Source: Promethearchaeum syntrophicum (GTDB taxonomy: Archaea > Asgardarchaeota > Lokiarchaeia > Sigyniarchaeales > Promethearchaeaceae). Taken from it: 32,000 nt of DNA. A program made the position numbers and the translations under genes. The stretch is from NCBI RefSeq assembly GCF_008000775.2, contig NZ_CP042905.2, forward strand, positions 2,940,001 to 2,972,000. Reading direction: 5' to 3'. Shown piece by piece: positions 9,323 through 18,887 of this stretch (position 1 is the stretch's first letter; every line of letters starts with the position of its first letter). The notes under the pieces were generated by a model. The model was not told the DNA's origin. It ran no database searches and worked only from the letters and a program-made list of their open reading frames with translations.

Positions 9323-10336
9323 GTGAAAAAAATGAAAGCCATGGTTCTCAGAAAAACCAATACTATTGAAAAATTACCCTTGATATATACTGAAATACTT
9401 AAACCAGAACCACAACAAAATGAAATTCGGATAAAAATTAGAACTTGCGGAGTTTGCCATACGGATCTTCATGAAATAGAAGGAGATCTCCCAACAAAAA
9501 AGCTAAATCTCGTTCCAGGGCATGAAATTATTGGAATAGTAGATAAATGTGGGATCAATGTTGAAAATTTTTCAAATGGGGATCGAGTAGGAGTCCCTTG
9601 GCTATATTCTGCTTGCGGTACTTGTAAATATTGTAAACGAGGACAAGAAAATCTTTGTGATAATGCAAAATTCACTGGATATAACGTAAACGGCGGTTAT
9701 GCAGAATATATGGTTGTTTCAAGTAATTTTGCATATAAAATCCCCCTGATTTTTTCTGACGCTGAAGCAGCTCCACTAATGTGTGCTGGAGTAATTGGAT
9801 ATAGATCAATTAGATTGTCACAGATAAAACCTGGAGAAACTTTAGGTTTATTTGGTTTCGGTGCTTCTGCTCATATCGTTATCCAAATTGCATTATATTG
9901 GAAGTGTAAAGTTTTTGTTTTTACGCGCTCTAAAAATCATCAAGAACATGCAAGAAAATTAGGAGCTTCTTGGGTGGGAACTTCAAAAGATAATCCACCA
10001 AGAAAAATTGATAGCGCAATCTCCTTTGTACCTTCAGGATTGATAATTCACGATATTTTAAGAGTTCTTGATAAGGGAGGAACTCTAGCAATAAATGCTA
10101 TACACCTAACTGATATTCCCGCTATTCAATGGAATCTTTTATATTATGAACGTCAAATAATCAGTGTTGCAAACACAACTAGACAGGATGCAATCGAATT
10201 TTTAAAATTAGCAGGAGAAATACCTATTAAAATTGAAGTTCAAACATATAACCTAAAAGATGCAAATAAAGCACTTCAAGATTTGAAAAATAGTAAGTTT
10301 AATGGGGCTGCAGTACTATTAATAGAAGAAAAATAA
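9323..10336 (+). CDS. zinc-dependent alcohol dehydrogenase (MDR family)
   Basis: Catalytic Zn motifs CGVCHTDLH and GHEIIGIV are present. The structural Zn loop is CGTCKYCKRGQENLC and the Rossmann motif is GLFGFGASAH. The track start is GTG 9323. ATG 9332 (MKAMVL...) is the more typical start. Confidence 0.9.
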   Translation: MKKMKAMVLRKTNTIEKLPLIYTEILKPEPQQNEIRIKIRTCGVCHTDLHEIEGDLPTKKLNLVPGHEIIGIVDKCGINVENFSNGDRVGVPWLYSACGTCKYCKRGQENLCDNAKFTGYNVNGGYAEYMVVSSNFAYKIPLIFSDAEAAPLMCAGVIGYRSIRLSQIKPGETLGLFGFGASAHIVIQIALYWKCKVFVFTRSKNHQEHARKLGASWVGTSKDNPPRKIDSAISFVPSGLIIHDILRVLDKGGTLAINAIHLTDIPAIQWNLLYYERQIISVANTTRQDAIEFLKLAGEIPIKIEVQTYNLKDANKALQDLKNSKFNGAAVLLIEEK

Positions 10337-10420
10337 TTTTAGATAAAATTGTCAAATTGAATTAATCTTGGCTTTTTGAAGAACCATTAAATTCCAAAAT
10401 ATGAACTGATTTAAGTTCAT

Positions 10421-13400
10421 ATGATGAAAATAATAATTATGATACTAAAATTAAATTTTCAACAAATGAATCTACCACTCCAAATTTCTAATCTTAGTCC
10501 GTATGATTACGTGAGCTATGGTATGACCATATTATTTTCTATAATAGGGATGCTGATTTTCATCAGAATGATGAGATATATCAGAGCAGAATTAAAGACC
10601 GCCCCTAAATATACACTTTTCCAAAAAATGAAGAATTTTCTGAGCGCTGTGACTTTTAGTTTAATGGTTTCCCTAGCCATAGTTTTTGTTTTAGCCCTAA
10701 TTTCATCATCTTTGGCCATAAATGCTTCATTAGCGATCAACAGAGGCGTTGGTTCAGATTTAGCATGGTCAGCAGGTATAATTCAAGCATTTAAATTTCC
10801 AACATTTATTCCGATAACTGCTACAATTATTGCAGGATTTTCGCTTTTCTATCCTCTTTACGAATATCTTATTTTGGCGGCTCCTGGCCAGGACGGAAAT
10901 ATGGAAATCCAACAGTTTCTGGAGAAAAAAATAATTGATCGCACATCACCACCTATAAGCTATCTTGTTTCAATTTTATTATATCTTTTCATTGTAGTTC
11001 TTGCGCCAACAGTTACATCATTTATTGCATTGAACTATTGGAACGTACCATCATATCTTGATGCCCCATGGGTAATTGGTCTTATCTTTTTTGTATGGAT
11101 TTTATTAGGACCAATGTTTTATCTATCATATTATTCCAAGATAGGGGCAGCCCATTCATTTTTTAGGGGTCGACGGGTAAACAGAAAGAAAGATAAAAAG
11201 ACGGGGTTCTGGTATTGGATTGCAATCCTTACTATTTTTAACACTGTATGGGCATTTATCCAATTTATTCCAATTTTATGGGGAGATTTTCCTGATCCTA
11301 CATCTCCTTTACAAAATTTCGAAGAGACTCGAGGAGATTTTATGCATACCTTAATTACCTTTTTATACAATAGAGAATTAATTTCAATAGAAACAGTCGA
11401 AAGTCTCTTCACTTTTCTTGCAATAGTTCCAATAGAATTTCTTCTTTTTATAATTACAACTTCCTTCTTTGGTTTGCTTGGATTTTATGCTAAATTTATC
11501 AGTAAAGAACCTTTGAATTCGCCAAAAATGGTATTATTCGCAGCTTATATTATCTGCGGAATAGCTTTCTCAATATTTGTTGATCAGATGGTAAAATATC
11601 CATATACCTTTCCGGATGCATTCTTAAATCAAATTGGATTAAATTTACATTTATCACCAGCACCGGGAGTATCTGAAGCAACTCTAGTTCGTGATCAAGA
11701 AATTTTTGTACGCATTTTTTCAACGGCAATTTTAATCGTAAAAACTTTGGACATAGTATTCTTATTCAATTTTCTTTTCAGAAGGAAAGAAATTAAAAAT
11801 CAGGCTGATGAATGGGTTTTAAACAAAGCAATTTTAGAAAATGATTTTGAAATCATTAAGAAATACTCGAGTCAAAAAAATTCTGAAACCAGATTAATGG
11901 TGGCTCAATCTGTTATTAACTATATACAACTAAAAGACGTACTTTCTAAAGAATCCTCAATAAGCATCGCAGATATCATGGAAGTTCTTATTAATGATGA
12001 AGATCCGGTTATTTCTGGAATAATTTCTAAACATCAAGGTGTGATAATAAGTAAACTACACCAAGATTCCCTTCTCCTTTCTTTGAAAAAGTTGTTAAAA
12101 TCAGAAGAGAAAATAAAAAATAAAAATGCAATCAATGTTCTTGAGAAAATATCAAGGGAAAATATGATCCATACTCGAATTTTACTAAAGGAAATTGTAT
12201 CATCCAACCTTTCTCAAGGAGGAGCCGAGAGTTTATTTGATTTTATTGCCGAAATTGATCAAAGAAATCATGGTTTGGCGTCTAATTTAATTGAACATCT
12301 ACTGATAAATGAAAACGAAAATTTAGTTTATGGTAGTTTAACAGTTATTGGAAAAAACTTATCAAATTTCCAACCTGAATATTCAAAAATACAACCCGAA
12401 TTATCTCAATTACTTCAACATTCAAATGTTGAAATAATTGCTAAAACGATTGATGTCTTTTCTTCATTAGCAAGCAAAAAACAAGAACATATTCCTGATG
12501 TAATGAAAGAATTTAATATAATGACAGCTATTTCACCAGAGATAATAAGGCAAAGAATTGGAGCTTTGGTTAAATTCGCAATTGTTCAACCTGAATGGTT
12601 AAATTCATTATTTGACTATTTAGAAATTTATTTAAATCATCCAAATCCTCGAATTGTAGAAGATGCTGCTGTTTCTTTAGGAAGCATTTCATCAACAATT
12701 GACTTGAAAGTATTTTTCGATCGAATTTTTCCATTTTTTAGAAAATTGGTTCATTCTAATGATCTAAATGTAAAAAAAGCGATTCTCTCATCCATGGTTG
12801 TAATATCAAAAATAAGAGAAGATATTGCAAAAGATGACAGGTTCCAACATCTTTTTAGTATTTTATTGATAGATCCTCATGTAGAAATTCGACATCAAGT
12901 CTTTAGGTTTATTGGTGAAGGAGATCCACAATTTATTTTAGGTGATATAGCAGCATTACTAACAAGTCCACTCAAAATCCAAGTTCGTATTGATTTAATG
13001 AATATATTAGCTTCTATTGCTGAAAAAATAATCCCTTATATTGATGAACTTCAATTGATTGAAATTCTTCAAAAACAAAATTTCGTAAAGGAAAAAGAAC
13101 TAAATTTTCAAGATATGATAGAATTACAAGCAGATCAATCCAAAATTTTTGGTTTTCATGAAGGAGTTAAATCAGTTTCATTAATCGGGGCAACAATTGC
13201 ACTTCTTTATGAGATTCTTTATTTCTCTCCTAAATATTATGATAATATTAATTCATTTATTAATGAAAATTTAGAAAAAGGACAGGAACTTGCTGCGGCA
13301 AAGAAAATCGAATACAAGTGTAAAGTTGTAATGGATGAATTGAAGAGAATTAAAGATCATGGGTCAAGAATAACTTTAGAAGGATTATTAAAAGATTTAG

Positions 13401-14980
13401 AGAGAGATGTGTTTATTGTTGAACCTCTAACTCAGAAAATTATTGCAGAATTTCTTTATGATGTTTATCCTATAAAAAAAGAATTCCACATAGAATTTTT
13501 CGAGATTTATACAGCTTTATGTAAACAAAGAGAATTAGAAGACAGTGATCTAAAGAGTATTTTATTAATGGGAATGGCACAAATTGTAGCGGAAAATCAT
13601 GAAATATACTTCAAACCAATGAGAATGAAAAATCTAATTGAATTTAAAGCCACGAAAACGAACCCATTTGAAACCTGTTTTAAACCGTTTTTACTTTCTA
13701 ATATGAATTCTACAGAAGAAAATATATATCAAGGAGTTTCAAAAGCGTTATACTTAATTATAGAAGTTAGTGAACAAGATAAACTAATAAGAGGGCTGTT
13801 ATTAGAAACGATTTCAAATTCTAAAAACCCCAATATCAAAATTACAGCGATAAAGGCTTTAATATCACTTCCACTTCAAATAGAAGATGAGATTACAATT
13901 AATGTTCTTTTAAAGCAAGTTAAATCAAAACATCCTTTAGTTCAAGCTGAAGCAATTCGATCTTTAGGTAACATTATTCGGATATTTCCAGTTACTTCAA
14001 CGAGATCAAGGAGTAAAGAATTTAAAAAGCTGAAGAACTTAATATATAAGGTTATTTTCGAACCCTACAAACCTGAAGCACCTTTAGAAATTAAAGAAGC
14101 GATCGTTGAACATTTACCCACCATAACTTTATTGCATCCAGATCTAAAAGTGTGCTTAAGTGCAATTAAAGCGATGGGATTGGATCCTGTTCCTTCAATT
14201 ACAACAGCTGCCGTTGAGACATATTTCCAATTAATTGATTATAAAATATCTTGCATATCTAAAGAAAAACCAAAAAACGAATCTCAACGCTTTGAATCAA
14301 TTTATGGAAATAATATCCCCGAATTACGGTTATTCCGACATTTTGCGAATAGTTCATTAACAGAAGTAAATAATATGTTGATTCGGAAAATTATAGCGCT
14401 ATATGAAAAAGAATCTGATAAAATTAACATAGATCCATTACTACCTAGCTTGACAAAATTAGCTACATCAACTTCTAAAGACATAAGAGCTCAAACTATT
14501 GCAATATTCAGTGAAATTTATTTGAAAGACCAAAAAACATTTGAATTTCTACTAGAAATGTTTTTGAAACTTGCAAACAACCGAAATCCTGAAGTAAGAC
14601 GTGATATTTGTGAGAATTTATTTAAAATAATATTCGCAAATCCAATAGGTTTCCAAGAAAATATTTCAATATTCCAAACATTACTAAAACTTTCAATGGA
14701 TTCAGATTTTGAAATTCAATCAATTATTGCAATGAATTTAAAAGAATGTATTGAAAAATGTCCGAAAAGAGCCAATGATTTACTTCAGATCATTTATGTT
14801 TTCTTACGAAGATCGGATGCGCCAATTAAACAGAAAGCAATTATGGCAATTAGGGATATCTGGGTAAAAAATCCAATTTTACAGAAAGATATCTTAAATA
14901 GCGTTCAAAGATATTATAAGAAATCGGGAGATGCGCTACTTCTGACATTAATAGGGAATTTATCTGAAGTAAAAAAATAA
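10421..14980 (+). CDS. giant polytopic-membrane protein with about 1050-aa cytoplasmic HEAT/ARM-repeat solenoid
   Basis: An uninterrupted 4.56-kb ORF in AT-rich DNA. Residues 1 to about 455 contain about 9 hydrophobic helices. The rest is helical repeats with classic HEAT signatures (HPNPRIVEDAAVSLGSI, SNDLNVKKAILSSMVVI, DPHVEIRHQVFRFIGE, NPNIKITAIKALISL, HPLVQAEAIRSLGNI, SKDIRAQTIAIFSEI, NPEVRRDICENLFKI, DAPIKQKAIMAIRDI). The start among four nearby Met codons is uncertain. Confidence 0.75.
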   Translation: MMKIIIMILKLNFQQMNLPLQISNLSPYDYVSYGMTILFSIIGMLIFIRMMRYIRAELKTAPKYTLFQKMKNFLSAVTFSLMVSLAIVFVLALISSSLAINASLAINRGVGSDLAWSAGIIQAFKFPTFIPITATIIAGFSLFYPLYEYLILAAPGQDGNMEIQQFLEKKIIDRTSPPISYLVSILLYLFIVVLAPTVTSFIALNYWNVPSYLDAPWVIGLIFFVWILLGPMFYLSYYSKIGAAHSFFRGRRVNRKKDKKTGFWYWIAILTIFNTVWAFIQFIPILWGDFPDPTSPLQNFEETRGDFMHTLITFLYNRELISIETVESLFTFLAIVPIEFLLFIITTSFFGLLGFYAKFISKEPLNSPKMVLFAAYIICGIAFSIFVDQMVKYPYTFPDAFLNQIGLNLHLSPAPGVSEATLVRDQEIFVRIFSTAILIVKTLDIVFLFNFLFRRKEIKNQADEWVLNKAILENDFEIIKKYSSQKNSETRLMVAQSVINYIQLKDVLSKESSISIADIMEVLINDEDPVISGIISKHQGVIISKLHQDSLLLSLKKLLKSEEKIKNKNAINVLEKISRENMIHTRILLKEIVSSNLSQGGAESLFDFIAEIDQRNHGLASNLIEHLLINENENLVYGSLTVIGKNLSNFQPEYSKIQPELSQLLQHSNVEIIAKTIDVFSSLASKKQEHIPDVMKEFNIMTAISPEIIRQRIGALVKFAIVQPEWLNSLFDYLEIYLNHPNPRIVEDAAVSLGSISSTIDLKVFFDRIFPFFRKLVHSNDLNVKKAILSSMVVISKIREDIAKDDRFQHLFSILLIDPHVEIRHQVFRFIGEGDPQFILGDIAALLTSPLKIQVRIDLMNILASIAEKIIPYIDELQLIEILQKQNFVKEKELNFQDMIELQADQSKIFGFHEGVKSVSLIGATIALLYEILYFSPKYYDNINSFINENLEKGQELAAAKKIEYKCKVVMDELKRIKDHGSRITLEGLLKDLERDVFIVEPLTQKIIAEFLYDVYPIKKEFHIEFFEIYTALCKQRELEDSDLKSILLMGMAQIVAENHEIYFKPMRMKNLIEFKATKTNPFETCFKPFLLSNMNSTEENIYQGVSKALYLIIEVSEQDKLIRGLLLETISNSKNPNIKITAIKALISLPLQIEDEITINVLLKQVKSKHPLVQAEAIRSLGNIIRIFPVTSTRSRSKEFKKLKNLIYKVIFEPYKPEAPLEIKEAIVEHLPTITLLHPDLKVCLSAIKAMGLDPVPSITTAAVETYFQLIDYKISCISKEKPKNESQRFESIYGNNIPELRLFRHFANSSLTEVNNMLIRKIIALYEKESDKINIDPLLPSLTKLATSTSKDIRAQTIAIFSEIYLKDQKTFEFLLEMFLKLANNRNPEVRRDICENLFKIIFANPIGFQENISIFQTLLKLSMDSDFEIQSIIAMNLKECIEKCPKRANDLLQIIYVFLRRSDAPIKQKAIMAIRDIWVKNPILQKDILNSVQRYYKKSGDALLLTLIGNLSEVKK

Positions 14981-14997
14981 TTCGAAATCAATTCTGA

Positions 14998-15015
14998 TTT
15001 TTTCCTTTCTTTTTT
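14998..15015 (+). terminator. oligo-T archaeal terminator candidate after the HEAT-protein gene
   Basis: Two T6 runs (14998..15003 and 15010..15015) lie within 35 nt of the stop at 14980. Archaeal RNAP terminates at oligo-T tracts. Confidence 0.4.
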
Positions 15016-15120
15016 CATTTATTTACCCGTATTAAGCGATTGTGATAAGAATTAATAACTAAAGTATGTTTTTAAAAGTAACTTCAAATTATTATAAATT
15101 TGATTTTGTAAGTTGGTTTT

Positions 15121-15375
15121 ATGTCTGAAGAAAAGAAAACTGGAATTGTAAAATGGTTCAACAGTAGAAAAGGATATGGTTTTATTACACCTGCTGAAGA
15201 TGCTGAAGGAGCTGATATCTTCGTTCATTATACAGCTATCAAAGTTGAAAGTGATGATCAATATAGAGCTTTAAATGAAGGAGACAAAGTAAGCTTTAAA
15301 GTGAGTGATGGGAAGAAGGGCCCTGAAGCCCGTGACGTTGAAATCGTAGAAAAAGCTCCACGTGACAGAAGTTAG
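15121..15375 (+). CDS. csp: cold-shock domain protein (CspA family)
   Basis: GIVKWFNSRKGYGFI (RNP1) and DIFVHY (RNP2) are present, with the OB-fold length. A short basic C-terminal extension KKGPEARDVEIVEKAPRDRS follows. Confidence 0.9.
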   Translation: MSEEKKTGIVKWFNSRKGYGFITPAEDAEGADIFVHYTAIKVESDDQYRALNEGDKVSFKVSDGKKGPEARDVEIVEKAPRDRS

Positions 15376-15400
15376 AGAAAAAAAAGAGATGTTTTTTCAT
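15376..15400. terminator. bidirectional oligo-T/oligo-A terminator candidate between convergent genes
   Basis: An A8 run (15378..15385, which reads as T8 on the minus strand) and a T6 run (15392..15397) sit between the csp stop (15375) and the acyltransferase stop (15410). Confidence 0.35.
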
Positions 15401-15409
15401 TAAATTTTA

Positions 15410-16810
15410 TTAATTCTTATATTGTTTTAATTTTGAGATAAATCCTTGAATTAATTTAGAAGATTGTAATTCTCCTTTTGAATTTAATTCCTTTTGAGCT
15501 ACCGAGCAGAGTTTTAATAATTCAGAAATACCACTCATAAGAGAAAGACTGATAAATGTTTTGTGAGAACGTAAAATATTGTCGGGATTTTGCACTGAAT
15601 TTATGATAGGAGGAAATCTCTCGTTAATTAGGATTCTCAATTGATTATCAGGTCGGTTAGGTTCAAAACTACCTTCTAAAACATCTAACATTTTATGTTG
15701 AATTTCTTCTAAGAATTTGTGAATTGTGCAATTTTTAGAGAATTTGACTTTATCAGCACAGCGAAAAACAGCCAATCGCATTATTTCTTCCCACAAATGA
15801 GCATATTTTCGGATATAAGGGTACATGGTTCGATTAATTTCGGTGGATAAATGACCATGGAATTCTTCTTTTGATTTATCCCAATATTTTTTCGATGTTT
15901 CAATAATGGATTTATTATCTATGAATTCTAATCTAGTTTTTCCAAAAACTTCATCAGGATGACTAATTGCGGGTAAGATTTCTGCACCTGTTCTCTTATG
16001 GAGAGAAATATAACTTTGGGGAGTATGAATTAAGTAGGGAAATTTCCCGAATATAAATGGTACTCTTAATTGGGATTTTGTGGAATAATCATGATATACG
16101 ACGAATGCATTGTTCTCTTTCAAGATTGATTCAATTTTATGTGAAATTTTAGAAAATTTTGTTGAAGCAAATGCATAAGCATTACTAAATGATGCTCTGT
16201 TAGCAGTTTCATACATAAGTAGATTAGAAACACTAACGACTAACGCAATTTTTTTATTTAAACCAGGGATTTGTATCATAATATTTGGGGAATGTAAAAA
16301 TTGACCAATATGAAGAATAGGGATAATTACCCCTTTTCCCTTCTTAAAAGCTTCTTCTAATCTTTCTGAATGTTGCAGACTATAAAACTTATCGAAAGGT
16401 AAATCTCCTGTAAGGGGGAATCTGAAGGCAATATCTAAAAAGAGCATGGCCATAAATTTATTTGCAGCATCAATTAATTTTTGAAGTCTTTTCTCTGAAA
16501 TTCCGGGATATAGTGCAGTAAAACTTGCTCTCATTTTTCTTTGAACAGATTTCGAGGATCCAAAAGCAAATTTTCCTATGAAATGTCCAAATCCGTTTAA
16601 TATAGAAAACGGGACGAATCGAAATGGTGAATATATATGATTTTTATGTATCCAAGCGAAGATTTTAAATACAGGACCCATAGTTGTTCCCCAGCTCTGA
16701 TCGGATTTTTTTGTTCGAAAACTTTCTGATTTTTCTGATGGGGGTTTTTTTCCCACTTTTTTCTGATCTGAGCGCAAGGATTTCTTATCAGCATAGTAAA
16801 TATGAGCCAT
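15410..16810 (-). CDS. LpxL/HtrB/PatA-family (lipid A biosynthesis acyltransferase-like) lysophospholipid/glycolipid acyltransferase with C-terminal extension
   Basis: Collinear by eye with E. coli LpxL. [15 protein letters not shown] matches [35 protein letters not shown] matches [31 protein letters not shown] matches [20 protein letters not shown] matches PEQYMWLHRRFK. An extra helical tail of about 115 aa is present. The basic N-terminal 43 aa may not be translated (alternative start M44 at 16681). Confidence 0.65.
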   Translation of the reverse strand: [466 protein letters not shown]

Positions 16811-16953
16811 AATAGTTCTAGTTAGTAATTTTTATAATACTTAATATACCTTTTGATCTATATAATATTCTTAATCATCGTTTTACTTAACCAACCTTTT
16901 GTATTAATATTCATAAACCCATAGGTTTTTTAATCCGAATTTTCGTAAGTTGG

Positions 16954-17160
16954 TTGGTGATAAAATTGTCGGAGGATGCAGAGAGTCTTGTATTTAGAGC
17001 TAATAAAAAAGCGGACTTGAAGCGTGATTCAAACAAAATCCCAAAAATTGATGTTGATCCTATTTTAAGAGATAGCTACATCTCATTCTTAGAAAATATA
17101 TATGACGACGTAATTAATGCTCGAATCCGCTCAAATAACAAACAAAACGATATAAAATAG
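16954..17160 (+). CDS. doubtful small ORF (68 aa), hypothetical
   Basis: It is open only from TTG/GTG (16954/16957) and has no in-frame ATG at all. It is hydrophilic with no recognisable motif. It is followed by a T11 run (17166..17176). It may be non-coding spacer. Confidence 0.2.
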   Translation: MVIKLSEDAESLVFRANKKADLKRDSNKIPKIDVDPILRDSYISFLENIYDDVINARIRSNNKQNDIK

Positions 17161-17222
17161 CACGTTTTTTTTTTTCTTTCCTTTTTCCCTTCTTATTTTT
17201 TGTACTGAACTTTTTAATTTTC

Positions 17223-18887
17223 TTATTCCAAAGGATAAATGTGATTTTTTCTTCCTATCTTTTCGATTCTGATAAGATTGGAAGACATAAGTTTATCTAA
17301 ATGATATTTTATTGTTTTCCTATTAAGATCCATTCTTTTTGCTATTTGATACTGAACAATACCAGGATTATCCCCAACAATCTGAAATATATCCAAAGTG
17401 GTCTTACTTTTAATTAGATTAATGTCAAATTCAGCAAATGGATTTTTTTCAATAAAAGGATAAAATATTAGGAATCTTCCTACACGTTTTTTCGAGATTA
17501 TCTTGTATGTTTCCAAGATATCAAGATGCCAGGCTAAATTACTACTCGAAGTATCTACTGATCGTAATAATTCACTATAATGAATTCCAGGATTTTCGAT
17601 TATAAGATTTAGGATTTGATTCCTAAATTCGTTTTCAAGGACATCTTCCATTGTAAGTCTGTGAACTCCTTTATCTATATCTATGATTCTATTTAATAAA
17701 TAATGTCTATACTCTTGTTTTGTCATTATTAAACCAAAAAGAAGTAGAACGCCTAATAAAATATAAATTAAATATGAAAATGGATTACCAGGTGAAAATG
17801 GAACTGTTGGTAATCGAATAATTCCTTTGACCCCAATCTTAGGATCATGATAAATATGAGCCCCCCTTGGATAATTTAAATAGACTCTTTGCAAATTTTC
17901 TTCTGATATAGATATTGTATTAACAGAAACATTTTTTTCAATATCATCAACTAATGCATATTGACTCCAACTAAAAAATCCAGAAATATCAGCAGGAGAT
18001 GTCTGTATCCATTCTTCATTTTGGCTATATCCATTAGCTTCATCTTCAGTTTCATCATCTTCAGTTTCATCATCTTCATCAAATTCATTTTCAGATTCTA
18101 TATCCATTACTAAAGAAAGTTGTGAAGAGCTATCGGAATATGTGTAATTTGCTATTTCGATATCGATTTTCATTTGAGTGGGTATAAGTAAAATATCGTT
18201 AAGTTCGTAATATTCTTCTACAAAAAAAATATGAAAAATTAAGTTATCATTTGTTGTTGAAATTTGAAAATAATGCATTTTAGAAGTATTTTTTATTGTA
18301 TAATTTGAATATTGAAAATCATTAAATGAATCTAATGAGGTTTCATTGAGAAGTGTATCTTGATTTTCGGTAAAAATCGAATCGTTATTATTATCTATAA
18401 ATTCAATTAGAGTAGAAAAAACTATCTCAAATTCTACTTCAAGTTCACTAGATTCAGTATCTTTCGAATATTCTAAATTAATTTTCAATCCTTCATCTTC
18501 AGTTTGTATTTCAATTGAAATTTTATCTTTTACTTCACCTTGATGTAACGTAGATTCAATATGAGCTTCATTTTCAGAATACTTTACATCTACTTCTCTT
18601 TCATTTAAATCTTCAGTCTCATCATCAATTCCATCTTCATCTTCATCTTCATCAGGTTCATTTTCTGGTTCTTCTTCCTCTCCATCTGCACTTCTTATAT
18701 CTTCTCTATTTTCTTGAGTAATATCTTCAAATTGATCTAATGATAGAATCTCCTTCAAAAAATTTTCTGAATCAAAAATATTTGTTTCTTGATTTTCAAG
18801 ATTTAATATCTGTAAAGAACTCATTAAAAGAAGGGAGAACATTATAAAGACAGAAAGATAAGGAATTTTTTTCATGCTTTTCAACAA
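17223..18887 (-). CDS. single-pass transmembrane transcription regulator: secreted acidic ectodomain + TM + two cytoplasmic winged-helix (ArsR/TrmB-like) domains
   Basis: A signal peptide (MLKSMKKIPYLSVFIMFSLLLMSSLQ) is followed by an ectodomain paralogous to 18928..20010. The TM helix is FSYLIYILLGVLLLFGLIM (nt about 17724..17780). Two wHTH units follow: NQILNLIIENPGIHYSELLRSVDTSSSNLAWHLDILETYKIISKKRVGRFLIFYP and TLDIFQIVGDNPGIVQYQIAKRMDLNRKTIKYHLDKLMSSNLIRIEKIGRKNHIYP. Confidence 0.75.
   Translation of the reverse strand: MLKSMKKIPYLSVFIMFSLLLMSSLQILNLENQETNIFDSENFLKEILSLDQFEDITQENREDIRSADGEEEEPENEPDEDEDEDGIDDETEDLNEREVDVKYSENEAHIESTLHQGEVKDKISIEIQTEDEGLKINLEYSKDTESSELEVEFEIVFSTLIEFIDNNNDSIFTENQDTLLNETSLDSFNDFQYSNYTIKNTSKMHYFQISTTNDNLIFHIFFVEEYYELNDILLIPTQMKIDIEIANYTYSDSSSQLSLVMDIESENEFDEDDETEDDETEDEANGYSQNEEWIQTSPADISGFFSWSQYALVDDIEKNVSVNTISISEENLQRVYLNYPRGAHIYHDPKIGVKGIIRLPTVPFSPGNPFSYLIYILLGVLLLFGLIMTKQEYRHYLLNRIIDIDKGVHRLTMEDVLENEFRNQILNLIIENPGIHYSELLRSVDTSSSNLAWHLDILETYKIISKKRVGRFLIFYPFIEKNPFAEFDINLIKSKTTLDIFQIVGDNPGIVQYQIAKRMDLNRKTIKYHLDKLMSSNLIRIEKIGRKNHIYPLE
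18044..18073. repeat. perfect 2 x 15-nt tandem duplication inside the acidic tract of the wHTH-fusion gene
   Basis: CTTCAGTTTCATCAT occurs at 18044..18058 and again at 18059..18073, encoding DETED-DETED on the minus strand. The same 15-mer occurs once at the equivalent site of the paralog (19284..19298). Confidence 0.9.

Noticed and set aside
16885-16960. Imperfect long-range inverted repeat (TTAACCAACC ... GTTGGTTGGTG) upstream of or overlapping the doubtful small ORF
   Set aside because: Only about 7 bp pair across a loop of about 50 nt. It is not distinguishable from chance, and no recognisable riboswitch or sRNA architecture is present.
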